Shown here: positions 27,025 through 38,970 of the stretch, piece by piece | Numbering within the stretch: position 1 is the first letter of the stretch | Layout of the letters: each line of letters starts with the position of its first letter | Assembly (NCBI RefSeq): GCF_008831285.2 | Contig: NC_045138.2 | Coordinates: 4,588,001 to 4,652,000 of the forward strand | Source of the DNA: Nymphaea colorata | Lineage: Eukaryota | Direction: 5' to 3' | DNA length: 64,000 nucleotides | The notes under the pieces: generated by a model | What the model saw: the letters and a program-made list of their open reading frames with translations, nothing else | Told to the model about the DNA's origin: nothing | Database searches by the model: none | Translations under genes and position numbers: made by a program

Positions 27025-29427
27025 TGTAATCACCCCAAATTTTCCAAGCACAAAATCCAAATTTAAGCAATTTAAATCCTAAATACAATTCATGGATCCA
27101 AATTAGACCCAAAAAAATTCAAAATAAATCCAAATCGAGCGTTTCTAAATTAAAATCTAAAATCGAGTTCAAAATGAGAAAGTTAGGTGCTATAAGAGCC
27201 GCGCGCGCATGTATGGGCCCTCCTTTTATTTTCATAACTCATTTTTAAACTTAATTTGTGTGCTAAAACGAATCGACAACTATTCGAACCCAAATTGGAT
27301 TTAAAAACAAATTCAGAATCGCTTAAAATGGAGTCGAGCGCCCATTTTTAGCAAAACTTTTATTTTATTGCTTAGAAAATGGAGTCGCACGATGGTGTGT
27401 TGCACGCGATCGCGTTGCATCACGCTACGCGGTTGCCTGAAGCGGTCTCTTAAGCGATCGCTGCTGCGTGCTAGTGCAGGCCCCTCTTCTTTGCAAAACT
27501 GACCCTAGGGGGTCGGTTTTTGAAATTTTTGGGAGAGCAATAGCCCTGCTCACACCCCAAAGAGGTATTTTCAGGGCTAATGTCCAATCCCACTTAGTCA
27601 AAACCTATTTTTCTTGAAAAAAAAAGAAAATAATTCAAAATTCTTTGAAATTCGGATGAAAATATTGTAAAATTAAAAAAAAAAATCAAATTTTGAGTTT
27701 TGACTTCAAAACTCTATAAATATCCCCACAATGTTCTCTTTTGGGGATAAGCCAGCCCTTGGAGAAAATCTAGTGAATTCTCACCTGAGGACTTATAGTT
27801 TTTAGCTCTCTTCCTATTTCCCTCTCACCTCTTCTTCTTCTCCAACTTTGGAAGGAAGCTTCATCAAGTCACAACTCTTTTGGAGGCATCATCTTTATCA
27901 CCTTGGAGCTTCACTCAAGAGGATTTAAGATCATTCCAAGCAATGGTGTTCATTATCATTTTCATTAGAGGTATGTAATCAACATTACATTCCAATCTTT
28001 CCCTTATTGCCTCTCTTCTTCATCTCCTCATGGCCATATAAGATAGCTATCAAATATCTATTTTAGAGTTAAGAAGCTATTCTTGAGTGCATCGAGAGCA
28101 TGAAACATGGAGTTATGTTTCATTTCATGATTAATTCATGCTTTCTCTTTTCTTAAATATAGTCTTGTTATCATTCCATTGTCTTCCATCATCTTCACCT
28201 CCACATGGCCATAGAAGATAGTTCACAAGTCTTTATTTTAGAGTCAAGAGGCTATTCTTGAGTGCACTGGGAGCATGAGAATATGAGATTATATTTCATT
28301 GCCTGATCAAATCATGCTCTTTCTTTTCTTGAATATATTTTTGTTGTTGTTGCTCTTTTTTTTCTTGAATATAGTCTTGTTGTTGTTCTTTTATTTTCTC
28401 TCTTCTTCATTTCCCCATAGCCATAGGATATAGCTTAAGTCTCTATTTTAGAGTCAAGAAGCTATGCTCAAGTGCACCGGAAACATAAGAAGATGAGATG
28501 ATATTTCAATAATTAAATCATGTTTTCTTTCTTGAATGTAGCATCAAATTTCTTTCTCTTGTTCCTTTTATCTTCATCTTCCCATAGCCATATGAAATAG
28601 CTCTCAAATCTCCATTTTAGAGTCAACGATCTATGCTCGAGTGGACCGGGAGCATGAGATGATGATATTATATTGCACTCTAAGATTGAACACGCTCTCT
28701 CTATTACTTGAATGTTGTTTTATTTTGGAGATATTATTTATGCATAGTTGATTAAATTTTCTCTATTCGTATATATGAATGCACGGGGAGAATGAGTGTG
28801 GTTTGAGATTTTCACTTTCTTATTGTGATGATTAATTTTTGAGATTGGGGCTTGTCTAACCCGCCTCACTAATATGTACATGTTAATATACATTTGCGTA
28901 TTATTTTGCGTTAATTTTCTTTTTAGTCATCTTATTAATAACGCTAATGAGCCTCTTATCATGTGGTTTGATTTTCTTCCATAACCAATGGTCGAAGAAA
29001 TATATGCCCTTGTAATCAATGAAATAACTATGTATTATGTTTATAATCACATTTTTCAAAATAATTTTCAAAAGAATCATTTCTAATGTGGCATTGAAGA
29101 TTTAGCTTAGGCTCTTGCATGAGTCCAAGCTTCCCTCTGGCCTACATCCAACTTGAAGTCGGTTATTTCTCATTTTTTGATTTTTAATATCATGAAGACA
29201 CATATGTATATACATGTTATATACATATACATGCTATATACATATATGTGCACATAATGATTCTTCATCCCCTCAATAGGTTTTCATATTCTATTTTACA
29301 AATTTTCACATATAAATAAATGCATATATACATGTGTTCTATTTTCTCTCTCTAGAATCTTTTATTTCTCTCTTCAAGGTAAATACTCCTATAAATTTCT
29401 TATCCCTCTCAATTTTTCTCTCTTTCT

Positions 29428-29471
<44 letters not shown>

Positions 29472-30551
29472 CTCTATTTCTTTTCCTTTAAGTCTCATTT
29501 TTTCTTCCAATGAATACTCTCTTTTTATAAACTTCCGTATATGTATATGTGTGGTAATATACACACACATAGACGTGTGTATTTCTTTGTTTCTCTTTTC
29601 CTATAAAGTTAAGACTCCATCTTCAAAAGCTTATATATATATATATATATATATATAAGTATGAACATACTTATGAAGATACTTATCTTCCAATCTTTCA
29701 AGATCTTTCAGTTAGTGATCTTTGAAATCTCTTTCTCTCTTTCTTTTTTTCTAAGGGAGTATCTCATCTTTGTTTCATTCCTTTGGGACATTTTTCTCCT
29801 AAGATTTTCATTTACCGACTTTATCAAGATGACAACTCAAGTAGTGACCCAATATTGGATTCATGTTTGATGGTCTACAACTCCAATCTAATTTCAAAAA
29901 CTTTTCTTCTTTGTAAAAATTATTATGTTAACTATAAAACCAAAATCTTAAATGTATATTGTGGTAGGAATGCCTTTAGATGAATGTTGTGATACGAATG
30001 CTTTGCTTTCTACTAATCATATAAGATCAATGCATCCATACATTAACATTCACTTAATATCACTTATGATCACAAGTACCACTTCAAAAAACTTAAGCAA
30101 GAAGAGATGGAGCTATAACTAAATGGTAACCGAATTAGAAAAAAAAATCTCAAACCTACTGAAAGTCTTAAGAGAACACCAAAGTGATTTCTAAAAGATG
30201 GTCTTCAAATGCTTCAAAATGATATTTACAAAGATTTCTTAATTCAAAACTTCTCAAATCAAAATGGTTTATACTCTCAAAAGATTCTTCAAAACTTTCT
30301 CAAAATCTTGAAACATCAAATTTTCAACATTTCCTCAAAACACTACACCGCATGTAGAGTGAAAAGATGTTTAAGCTAAAATAAAATACATCTAATAAAC
30401 ATGACCCTTGGATTGATTATCCCTGGTAAAGGCACCGGGAACGGTCGATCCTCGTACCAACGGGCGAGTCCCTTCCTTTCTTTCAAAACAAAAAGTCATT
30501 TTTCTGGAGCACTCCAAAACCAAAATAATAAAATTTTTGAGGATGCAAACA
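27025..30551 (+). mobile_element. Solo LTR (~3.5 kb) of an Ogre-type gypsy element
   Basis: TGTAATCACCCC...GATGCAAACA with TSD ttatt/ttact. TATA (ctataaata) at ~27714. Homologous to the LTR at 47700-51566 that precedes the Ogre PBS and pol. Confidence 0.88.
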
Positions 30552-30773
30552 TTACTCCAACCGATTGAATTACTGCGTATAAACTGGGGAACAATGAAAC
30601 AGTAAGCAAGATGCAAGCAGCCTCTTTTGTGTATGGGCTGACTTTTTAAGAAACAAGACGAAGCAAAACCAGCAAACTATAAGGGGTATTTGGTTAGTTC
30701 GCATTTTAATTTATATAGACATGATGTGGTAAACGTTTGTTTGTGTGAGCATTTCTTGATGTGATGAATGATC

Positions 30774-31189
30774 TGTTGGGTTCTATGCAGCGGAATGGTG
30801 TCCGGCGTTTGCCGATCGGCTCTCTTATGTGCAGAAGGTTCAACATCAACGTGTCAACCATAACCTCTCAGTGTAAAGAGGTAGTACCTGTGAACAAATA
30901 AAGAGGAAGAAGAAGAAGAGATAAATAGAAGAAGAGGTGATGTGTTCATGGGTTTGTTTCTATGAGGCGCCAAGTAGGGAAATCAAGTGATTCAACCCTA
31001 AGTCAGAGTATTGCTGAGCATAAATAGGTACCGCCTCAGATGTTTTCCCATAGCATAGCAGGTGGTTACGGCAAGCGAGAGATTTAAGGAGAGAATTAAA
31101 GTTCGTAACTGCAACAAAGCACACAACAGCAAGTGGGCTCCCTTGCAGTTACGAGATGAATGGGAAGGGCTCTTGGCCACTATTCAACA
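30774..31189 (-). repeat. 3' LTR
   Basis: Direct repeat of 37292-37698; adjacent to the PPT. Confidence 0.9.
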
Positions 31190-32369
31190 TCTCTCACTTG
31201 GCCATGAGACCATCATATTGCTTCCACTGTTTGTAGGTTTTCTTAATTTTTAGTTACAAGGTTTTCTATAATTGGTTTGTTCATCGTAACTTAAACTTTC
31301 GTTCAAGGTTTGTAGCTGGGTTTTCCTTTCAATGGCTTTCTATCGCAGCCTTTCAAGTATTTAATATATTTCACATTAGTTACAAGGTTTTCTTCATACA
31401 CAAGTATTTCCATCATAACATGTTAAAACTTAGTCCCATGTGGACCACAAGCTTTACATAAAAAGTCATCAAGAATTCTCTTCATAATAATGCTAGCAAT
31501 CAAGTATGCATTTGAAACATACAAGCATATTCTCTTCTTGTTTAATAATGAACTCAACCTTGATATTTTTCAACCACCTCACAAAGAGGCAAACCATGAT
31601 GTTCTTAGCCCTATACAAGCAACATGTTTGGCAAATAAATCATTAGGAATTCTTTTTGTCAGAATTGCAAGCAATCATATGAATATATCTTTGTTTCATT
31701 CATATATTTGAAAACATTTAACTACCTTAAAACAAGGCCAATCTGAATTTTCTTAATGTATACTGACAAGCCAAATATTTCTTGTATTAAGTCCAACACA
31801 CAAACTTATATACATCGAAAGCAAATAGTATATTTTCCTTTATTATTTTCCATAATTACTTAACTCCTTTAACAACATGAGTTCCAAAACATTCATTCTA
31901 AATTCATGCAATACATAATCACATGACAAAACACATAGTTGTCTTCCAACAGAGCAAAGGGTAAATTCAAGTGTGCCACCACTTTTCAAATGTTCACATA
32001 GTCATCTACTTGATTAGCAATATGTCTAATCTTTAGTATGACTATTTAAAAGAAAAAGCAATTAACTCATAGTTAATCATACAAATACTTTTCATCTTGT
32101 ATAGTCTTTATCAATATAAACTTGTATCAAATATTTAACTTCCTATATATGAAAGCAAGTTTTCAAGTTATCACAAGTAAAACTATCATTTACTTACATG
32201 TCAAATTTACCATTTATTTCATCAAGGTTAATATATAGTTCCGTCAACAAATGCATGCAACAACAATTCAAATATAACAAAGTAGCTCTTGACTTTTGGG
32301 ACTATTATCGATGTCTAAAGAATAGAAGAATTGGACTCAGTTGGTTATTTTCCTCACCGATCCATAAAT

Positions 32370-32620
32370 CAATACTCAAGATGATCAATGAACTCACTAA
32401 TAAGCTTCAGTTGGTTCATCATCAAACTCATCATCAGTCGGTTCATTACCAAACTGATCCTCAGACTAATCATGTTGAGTTGGTTCATTACCAAACTGTT
32501 CCTCAAACGAATCATACTCAGTTGGTTCATTACCAAACTATTCTTCACACGAATCATGCTCAGTTGGTTCATTACCAAACTGATTCTCAAACGGTTCATT
32601 GCCAGACTGATCTTCTGAAT
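32370..32620. repeat. ~39-bp tandem repeat (about 5-6 degenerate units)
   Basis: Recurring cagttggttcattaccaaact...aatcatgct. The in-frame period (13 codons) explains the repetitive ORFs in several frames. Confidence 0.85.
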
Positions 32621-32867
32621 AAATTAGATCATCCAGTAAATCGATATGATCTCTCATTGGATCATTGTCTTTGGTGTTATTATTCAAAGACCTCAATCTT
32701 ATGCATGAAAATATTTTATACCCTACTTTCATTTGGGTATTCAATACATATGCATTTAGAAACTTGTTGTTCAATTTTTAGAAATACCCTTAACATGCAT
32801 TATATATCTCGAAATATATCAATATGAATATAGTTAGTGTAGATCTCATTATATTTATGAGTGTTAT

Positions 32868-34824
32868 TGTAATCACCCCAAATTTTTTCAAGCACAAAAT
32901 CCAATTGATGGATCCAAATTAGATCCAAAAATTCAAATTAAATCCAAATCAAGTATTTTAAGCCCAAAATTTGAAATCAAGGTCGACACAACAAAATTTG
33001 AGTGTCGCACGGGCACGGACCTTGGTTTAAGGTCTCATCCAAGTCGCACACTTGAATGAGTCGACAACCGACTGAACCAAATCGGATTTGAAACAAGCCC
33101 GGAGTAACTCAAAACGGAGTCGACCACCCATTTTTCAACAAAAAATTTAATGTTAAAAAAAAAAATCGACCTCGCGCGCGACAGCACTGGGCGCTGTTGC
33201 CTGGGCCTGCTTGTTGCAGACCCATCCCCCCCACTCTTTTTGTCCAAAACCGCCCCTCTTTGGGTGGGCAATAGCTACACCCACACCCCAAAATGGTGTT
33301 TGCAAGGCTTGCCAATCCCATTTAATTCAAGCCTATTCCTTTTAAAAAAATTGAAAATAAGTCAAAATTAGTTGAAATTCGTATGAAAATGATATGAAAT
33401 TAAAAAAAAATCAAGTTTTTAGTTTTGGCTCCAAAATCCTCTATAAATACTCCCATTTTCTTCCCTCTTGGGTAAGAGCTAGCCCATGGAGAACCTCTAG
33501 CAAATTTTCAGTTGAGGACTTAGAGTTTTCTTAACTCTCTTCCTCCATTTCCCTCTTTCTCTTTCATTTTCAGTCCCTTTCCTTCTTTAACTTGGAGCAA
33601 GCTTCGTCAAACAACAACTCTTCAAGGGAGCACAAAGATCTCTTGGAGGTCTCCTCTTCATCATCTTGGAGCTATTGAAGGTGAATCTAAGATAATTCCA
33701 AACAAGGTTGATCATTTTCTTTCCAAAATCATTCTCATAAGAGGTATGTAATCCATTTCCTCTCTTTAACTTGGAGCAATCTTTCTCTCTCTATGTTTTC
33801 ACACTTTATTTTACAAATTTTCATATACTTATGAATGCATATATATATATGTGATCTATTTCCTCTCTTTTGAATATTTTGTTTCTCTTCTCAAAACAAA
33901 TACCTTCCCTTACAAAATTTCTTATACATACCTATATATATATGTATGTATATTTCTCTTTTCCTATAAAATCTCTCTTTCCTTTCAAATCAATACCTTT
34001 TTTCTTTTAAATTTTTGTATACGTGTATAATTAATGGTATGTACACATATATGCATGTCTTTCTCTCTCTCTCTTTCTTTTCATGAGAGTATTTCATTTG
34101 TTCTATTCTTTTAACATTTTCCTCTCATGATCTTTTTATTTACCGACTTCATCAAGACTAAAAATCAAGTAATGACCTAAAATTGGATTCATGCTTGATG
34201 GTTGACAACACCAATTCATTTTCAAAAACTTTTCCTTCTTATATATGATAATTATGAAAACAAAAATCTTAGATGTATGTTATGGTAGGAATGTTTTTAG
34301 ATGAATGTAATGGTTGAAATGCCTTATTATCTTCTAATCATATATGATCAATGCATTCATGCATGCCTACTCACTTAACATCACAAATGAGCACAATCAC
34401 ATATCTAAAAGAACTTAATTAAGATGAGATGGAGTTCTAATTAACTGGTAACCAAATTGGAGTAAAACATCAAACCTACTTAAAGTATTAAGAGAACACT
34501 AAAATGACTTCAAAGTGATTTTTTAAGTTTGCCAAATGATATCCATAAGGATTTCTCAATGCTAGTTTTTACCAAATGTTTCACATTCTCAAGCAATTCT
34601 TCAAAAACCTTTTCAAAAGTTTGAAACATCAAACTTTCAATACTTTTATACACCACATATAAAATGAAAAGGATGTTCAATTTAAATAAAATGCATTAAT
34701 AATAGACATTGCCCTTGGATTGATTACCGATGGGCGAGTCCCTTTCTTTCCTATTTCAAAATAGAACCTCATTTTTCTGGTGCACTCCAAAAACCAAAAC
34801 TAATGATTTTTTGGGATGCAAATG
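32868..34824 (+). mobile_element. Internally deleted Ogre-type solo LTR nested in the 30774-37698 element
   Basis: TGTAATCACCCC start. It ends GATGCAAATG (terminal CA changed to TG). Perfect 5-bp TSD GTTAT/GTTAT. Confidence 0.88.
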
Positions 34825-37277
34825 GTTATCTTACACCTCATGACAAATATTAAAATCAAATTCATTCTCAAACAAGAACGCTTAGTAGCATGCTAACATA
34901 GTTCGATCCACAAATGAACAAATAACATAATGTGTTTGGATCTAATATAAATAGGAGATGGATGTTTAACTATATATCCAAATATATTCAAATTTGAATC
35001 GACCATGTACATATGGTGGATAGATCCAATCTCAAATGTCATATGAATATAAAGATTCATATTATATTACCATAGATCTAAACTAATAATTTCCACAATA
35101 CAACTAATATGATATTAAAACACATGATCCTCATTGTAATATTATACAATACGATTTAATGACCATATTTGGATCAATGCTAACCCATCTCTCTTTTGAG
35201 AAAAACAAGTTATCATGCATTAGCACTTTAGTGCTATAAAGTTTCAAATAAATACATTCTTGCCAATTTTGGTCCAAGAGTGTTACATTACATCTCTTCA
35301 GCATGCATTAAAAACAAATTCATTTTACTAAAAAAGAGAAGCAAATGAAGCTTTATTCAATAGTTCTCTAGAATAATCTTTGAATCTAGAATGACAACAC
35401 ACATTACAATATGATTATATCCAAAGGCAAACATGATAACACAAATTGGAACCAAAGCAAACAGTGATATAAATTTTTTCCACATATCCAAACAAGTTAG
35501 TTTAGATCCAAATCCATGTCTACTAGCCATCTTTCGTAAGGGCAAATAAAATTTCATGTACTAGAACATATAGTACAACAAATCTTCAAATAAAATATTT
35601 CATTAATATGGCTTTCATCATGCTTAAGAGTGTTCCCTTCAACTGCATGCGAAAAAGTAAACACGATGATATATTGAATTCAATGTAAGTACAGATATAT
35701 GGTATATGGAATCAATGATCCAAACAAGTTAGTCTGAATCTAAATCTATCATGAACCAATCACAATGTTATATGGATCTCACCATGTCTAAGAGTATTGA
35801 TTTACACCTTTTAGCATACCAATATACAATAATATAATCTTTATGCTGAGAATATTCTTTTATAAGGAGCAAAGAAAGTCATCTTTTAGCACTCTAGTGC
35901 TACTCACATTGAAAATGTATTAACTCGTAAAACCATTAGATTTAAAAATCAATGCACATCATGATATGTTTAGATCTAATATAAACAAGATATAGGTCTT
36001 GAACAAGTCAAATCAGATCATGTTCCTAAAGAGTGCAATGTTTAGTGTGAGATCCAAATTCAACATCTAGATGAGTATGCAAAACAAAATTTTTGTCATA
36101 TCTAATATCACTATGGACCCTAAAAGGCAAAGAATATCTGTAAAGGGAGAATAATAACATATCTTTGACTAAACAGGATGTGGATTTTTAACCAATATCT
36201 AGACAAATTTAGATCTGAATATGTTGTGATTCAAACTGAATACACATATGGATCTTAAGCAACAATTTGATCCAAAACAAAAATTCAAATGGCTATTTAA
36301 ATTCAGATCTTACCAATGTGGATCCAAACACAATGATATCAACACTAGAATTGATATGTATTTAAAAAAATAAAGAGGATCCAAATTCAAATCCAATATG
36401 AACATGTTTCAACATAATATCCATATCCAAATAAGATTTTAGTTAGCATAGAAACACAAGGTTTTATACCGCCATCAAGTCATGCACACACAAAATAACA
36501 CACAAGATCCAGAAATATTGCTGTTACCACAGCAACCAGAAGACCTTCTCTGTGTGATAGATGGATGGAGCTATACTCGGCAGGCAGCAGGGAGCCAACA
36601 AATCTCAATAAATTTGGGCATATGGGTCGTTGTGAGAAAGGTCATTAGAGAAAAAGAGGAAAGACCATACTATCATGAGGTTTCAGTAGTAATCTACCCC
36701 ATTTACCCGAACTCGACTCTTTTACCACCACACAGAGGGTTCTAGACTGGGGACGTCTGTTAGAAAACAGAGGGGTTTGAAAGCGACAGACAGAAGGTAC
36801 ATATAATTTTCCATCATATGTCTCTGTTTTATATTGACCATAGTAGGCTCTGCTACTGTTTGCCGACACCTCTGCTACTGTTTGCGAGGAGGCGCTGGTC
36901 TAAATCGGTTTGTGTTAGCAATAGAGCGTTATATGAACAGAGCAGGCTCTGTTCTCGGTTTCTCCGAGACATCGAGAGGGAAAAAAAGAATGTGTGAAAC
37001 AGAAACCTCTCGGTCTGTGTCTCTCACAAAAACACTGTTGGAGCATGTGATGCATAAACCAGAGAGTTTCAGAACTAATTAAGACTAACATACTTCATGC
37101 TTCAAATCAATATAGTCTAGCTTCAAATCAATATAGTCTAGCATGCATTATTTTCAGGAGCTAGTGCTTAAAATAGCATGATACACAGGCGACTAGCATG
37201 CACACGCAGGTAGTATGATCTCCACAGGCACCACAAAGATCAAGATCAAATTTCACTTACTGGAATTCGGCAAATAT

Positions 37278-37290
37278 GGCTCTGATACCA
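37278..37290 (-). promoter_or_regulatory. Primer-binding site (tRNA-iMet)
   Basis: TGGTATCAGAGCC immediately inside the 5' LTR. Confidence 0.9.
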
Positions 37291-37291
37291 C

Positions 37292-37698
37292 TGTTGGGTT
37301 CTATGCAGCGGAATGGTGTCCAGCGTCTGCTGATTGTTTCACTTCTGTGCAGCAGGTACACCACCAGCAGTGTGTCAACCATAGCCTCTTAGTGTAAAGA
37401 GGTAGCACCTGTGAACAAATGGAGAGGAAGAGGAAGAAGAGATAAACAAAAGCAGAGGTGATGTGTTCACAGGTTTGCTTCTATGAGGCGCCAATTAGGG
37501 TAATCAAGTGATTCAACCCTAAGCCAGAGTATTGCTGAGCATAAATACGTACCACCTCATAGGTTTTCCCATATCCCAGCAAGTGAGAGATCTTAAGGAG
37601 AGAATTAAAGTTCGTAACTGCAGTAAAGCACGTAACTGCACGTGGGCCCCCTTACAATTACGAGATGAATGGGAAAGGATCTTATCCACTATCCAACA
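37292..37698 (-). repeat. 5' LTR
   Basis: Direct repeat of 30774-31189; adjacent to the PBS. Confidence 0.9.
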
Positions 37699-38858
37699 AG
37701 ATCCACAACAATAATTATAGTTGATCAAACTATGGATCTTAAACCAAACTAATATATCTACAATTAAGATTCTCATTTTACTTCTTATATTAGCAAAAGA
37801 CTTGATATAATTATGATTGGTGAGAAAGGTCCCACACTAAACTGATTTTCCAACGAGTCCAAGCTGAACTCATGTTTAGACCTAAAAAAAAAAATTACAT
37901 GTAAATTTTTACAAAAAAAATTCTGCTGTAGAAATTTTTAAAAAATTATTTTCGCTGTTGTTGAAAATTTTGAAACTATAATTCGGCCCCTAATGAAAAA
38001 TTCCTGACTCTACCCCTGCATGTATCTTCGACGGCAACAATGAAATAAGGAAAAGACAAATGGGAGAGGAAAAAAACACTGTCAATAAAGTTACGTACAA
38101 AGATCATGAGAAGCTAAAAGTGACAGGGCGAGATCACGGGCAGTGGGTACTTAAAAAAGGGCATAGTTGATTAAAAGTATGTACCATTTGAATAATTTTA
38201 CCCATATAGATTTGTCTTTTACGTATAGTTTGATCCATTGAATATTTTTACATATAGATTTGATTGTGATGTTCATTAAATTGTGGCTACAACTTATGCT
38301 GATGGCTTTGCAATTTTTACTAATGCATTTCTACCATGGTAAAACTATTGTTTTCTTTTTTTTGTAGTGTTAGTCAGGTTTCCCATTGAAATCAAAACAA
38401 GGAAAAGAATAAAACTGAACCATTAAGCCACCAGCTTAGACATTTCAGAACTAAACAAAAATATAAAAGATCAGACCTTCAGAGGCTGAACTTTGGAACG
38501 GTAAATAAACAGAAAGATTTGTTGACAAAACATGAAAGATCAAATCTCTCTCTCTCTCTCTCTCTGAAGCAGTAATTAAAGTATAAGCTCTATTCCCTGT
38601 GGAAAACTACAAATGTAGTGGAGAACAAAAGCACAAATTGAATTTAAAAGAGGGAAACATGTACAAATGAAAGCAAAATAAATTTAGAGTTTTCAATTAG
38701 TTATCATTTTCACCCACTCCAAATGAACTACCCGTTCATTTAAATAATCCTAACTAATTGTATCTTGGATCCGTTATAAGATCTGATCCGTGTAAAGCTC
38801 CGCATCGATCCATTCTACAATCAGATCTGAGTGCACTGCTGCTGTCACTCTCTCTTCA

Positions 38859-38890
<32 letters not shown>

Positions 38891-38970
38891 ATTCAAATTC
38901 CGTAAAAAAATATTAGGGCTGGGGTATAATGATTTTCAGATATATTCTGACCTCAATTATTAACTTGATT

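Larger units (their letters stand above)
30774..37698 (-). mobile_element. Old two-LTR retrotransposon (copia-like PBS) with a decayed, essentially non-coding interior
   Basis: Direct repeats 30774-31189 and 37292-37698 (TGTTG...CAACA). PBS TGGTATCAGAGCC at 37278-37290 (-). PPT-like ccaagtgagaga at 31190-31201 (-). TSD tgatc/agatc. Confidence 0.9.

Noticed and set aside
28020..28700. Regularly spaced repeats with variable spacers (also 49270-49950) as a CRISPR-like array
   Set aside because: Plant DNA; the units are ~100-bp degenerate LTR subrepeats with related low-complexity spacers, and there are no cas genes.
32198..32827. 209-aa ORF and overlapping repetitive ORFs as a novel repeat protein
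   Set aside because: Explained by a 39-bp tandem repeat inside a decayed retroelement; open in multiple frames on both strands.
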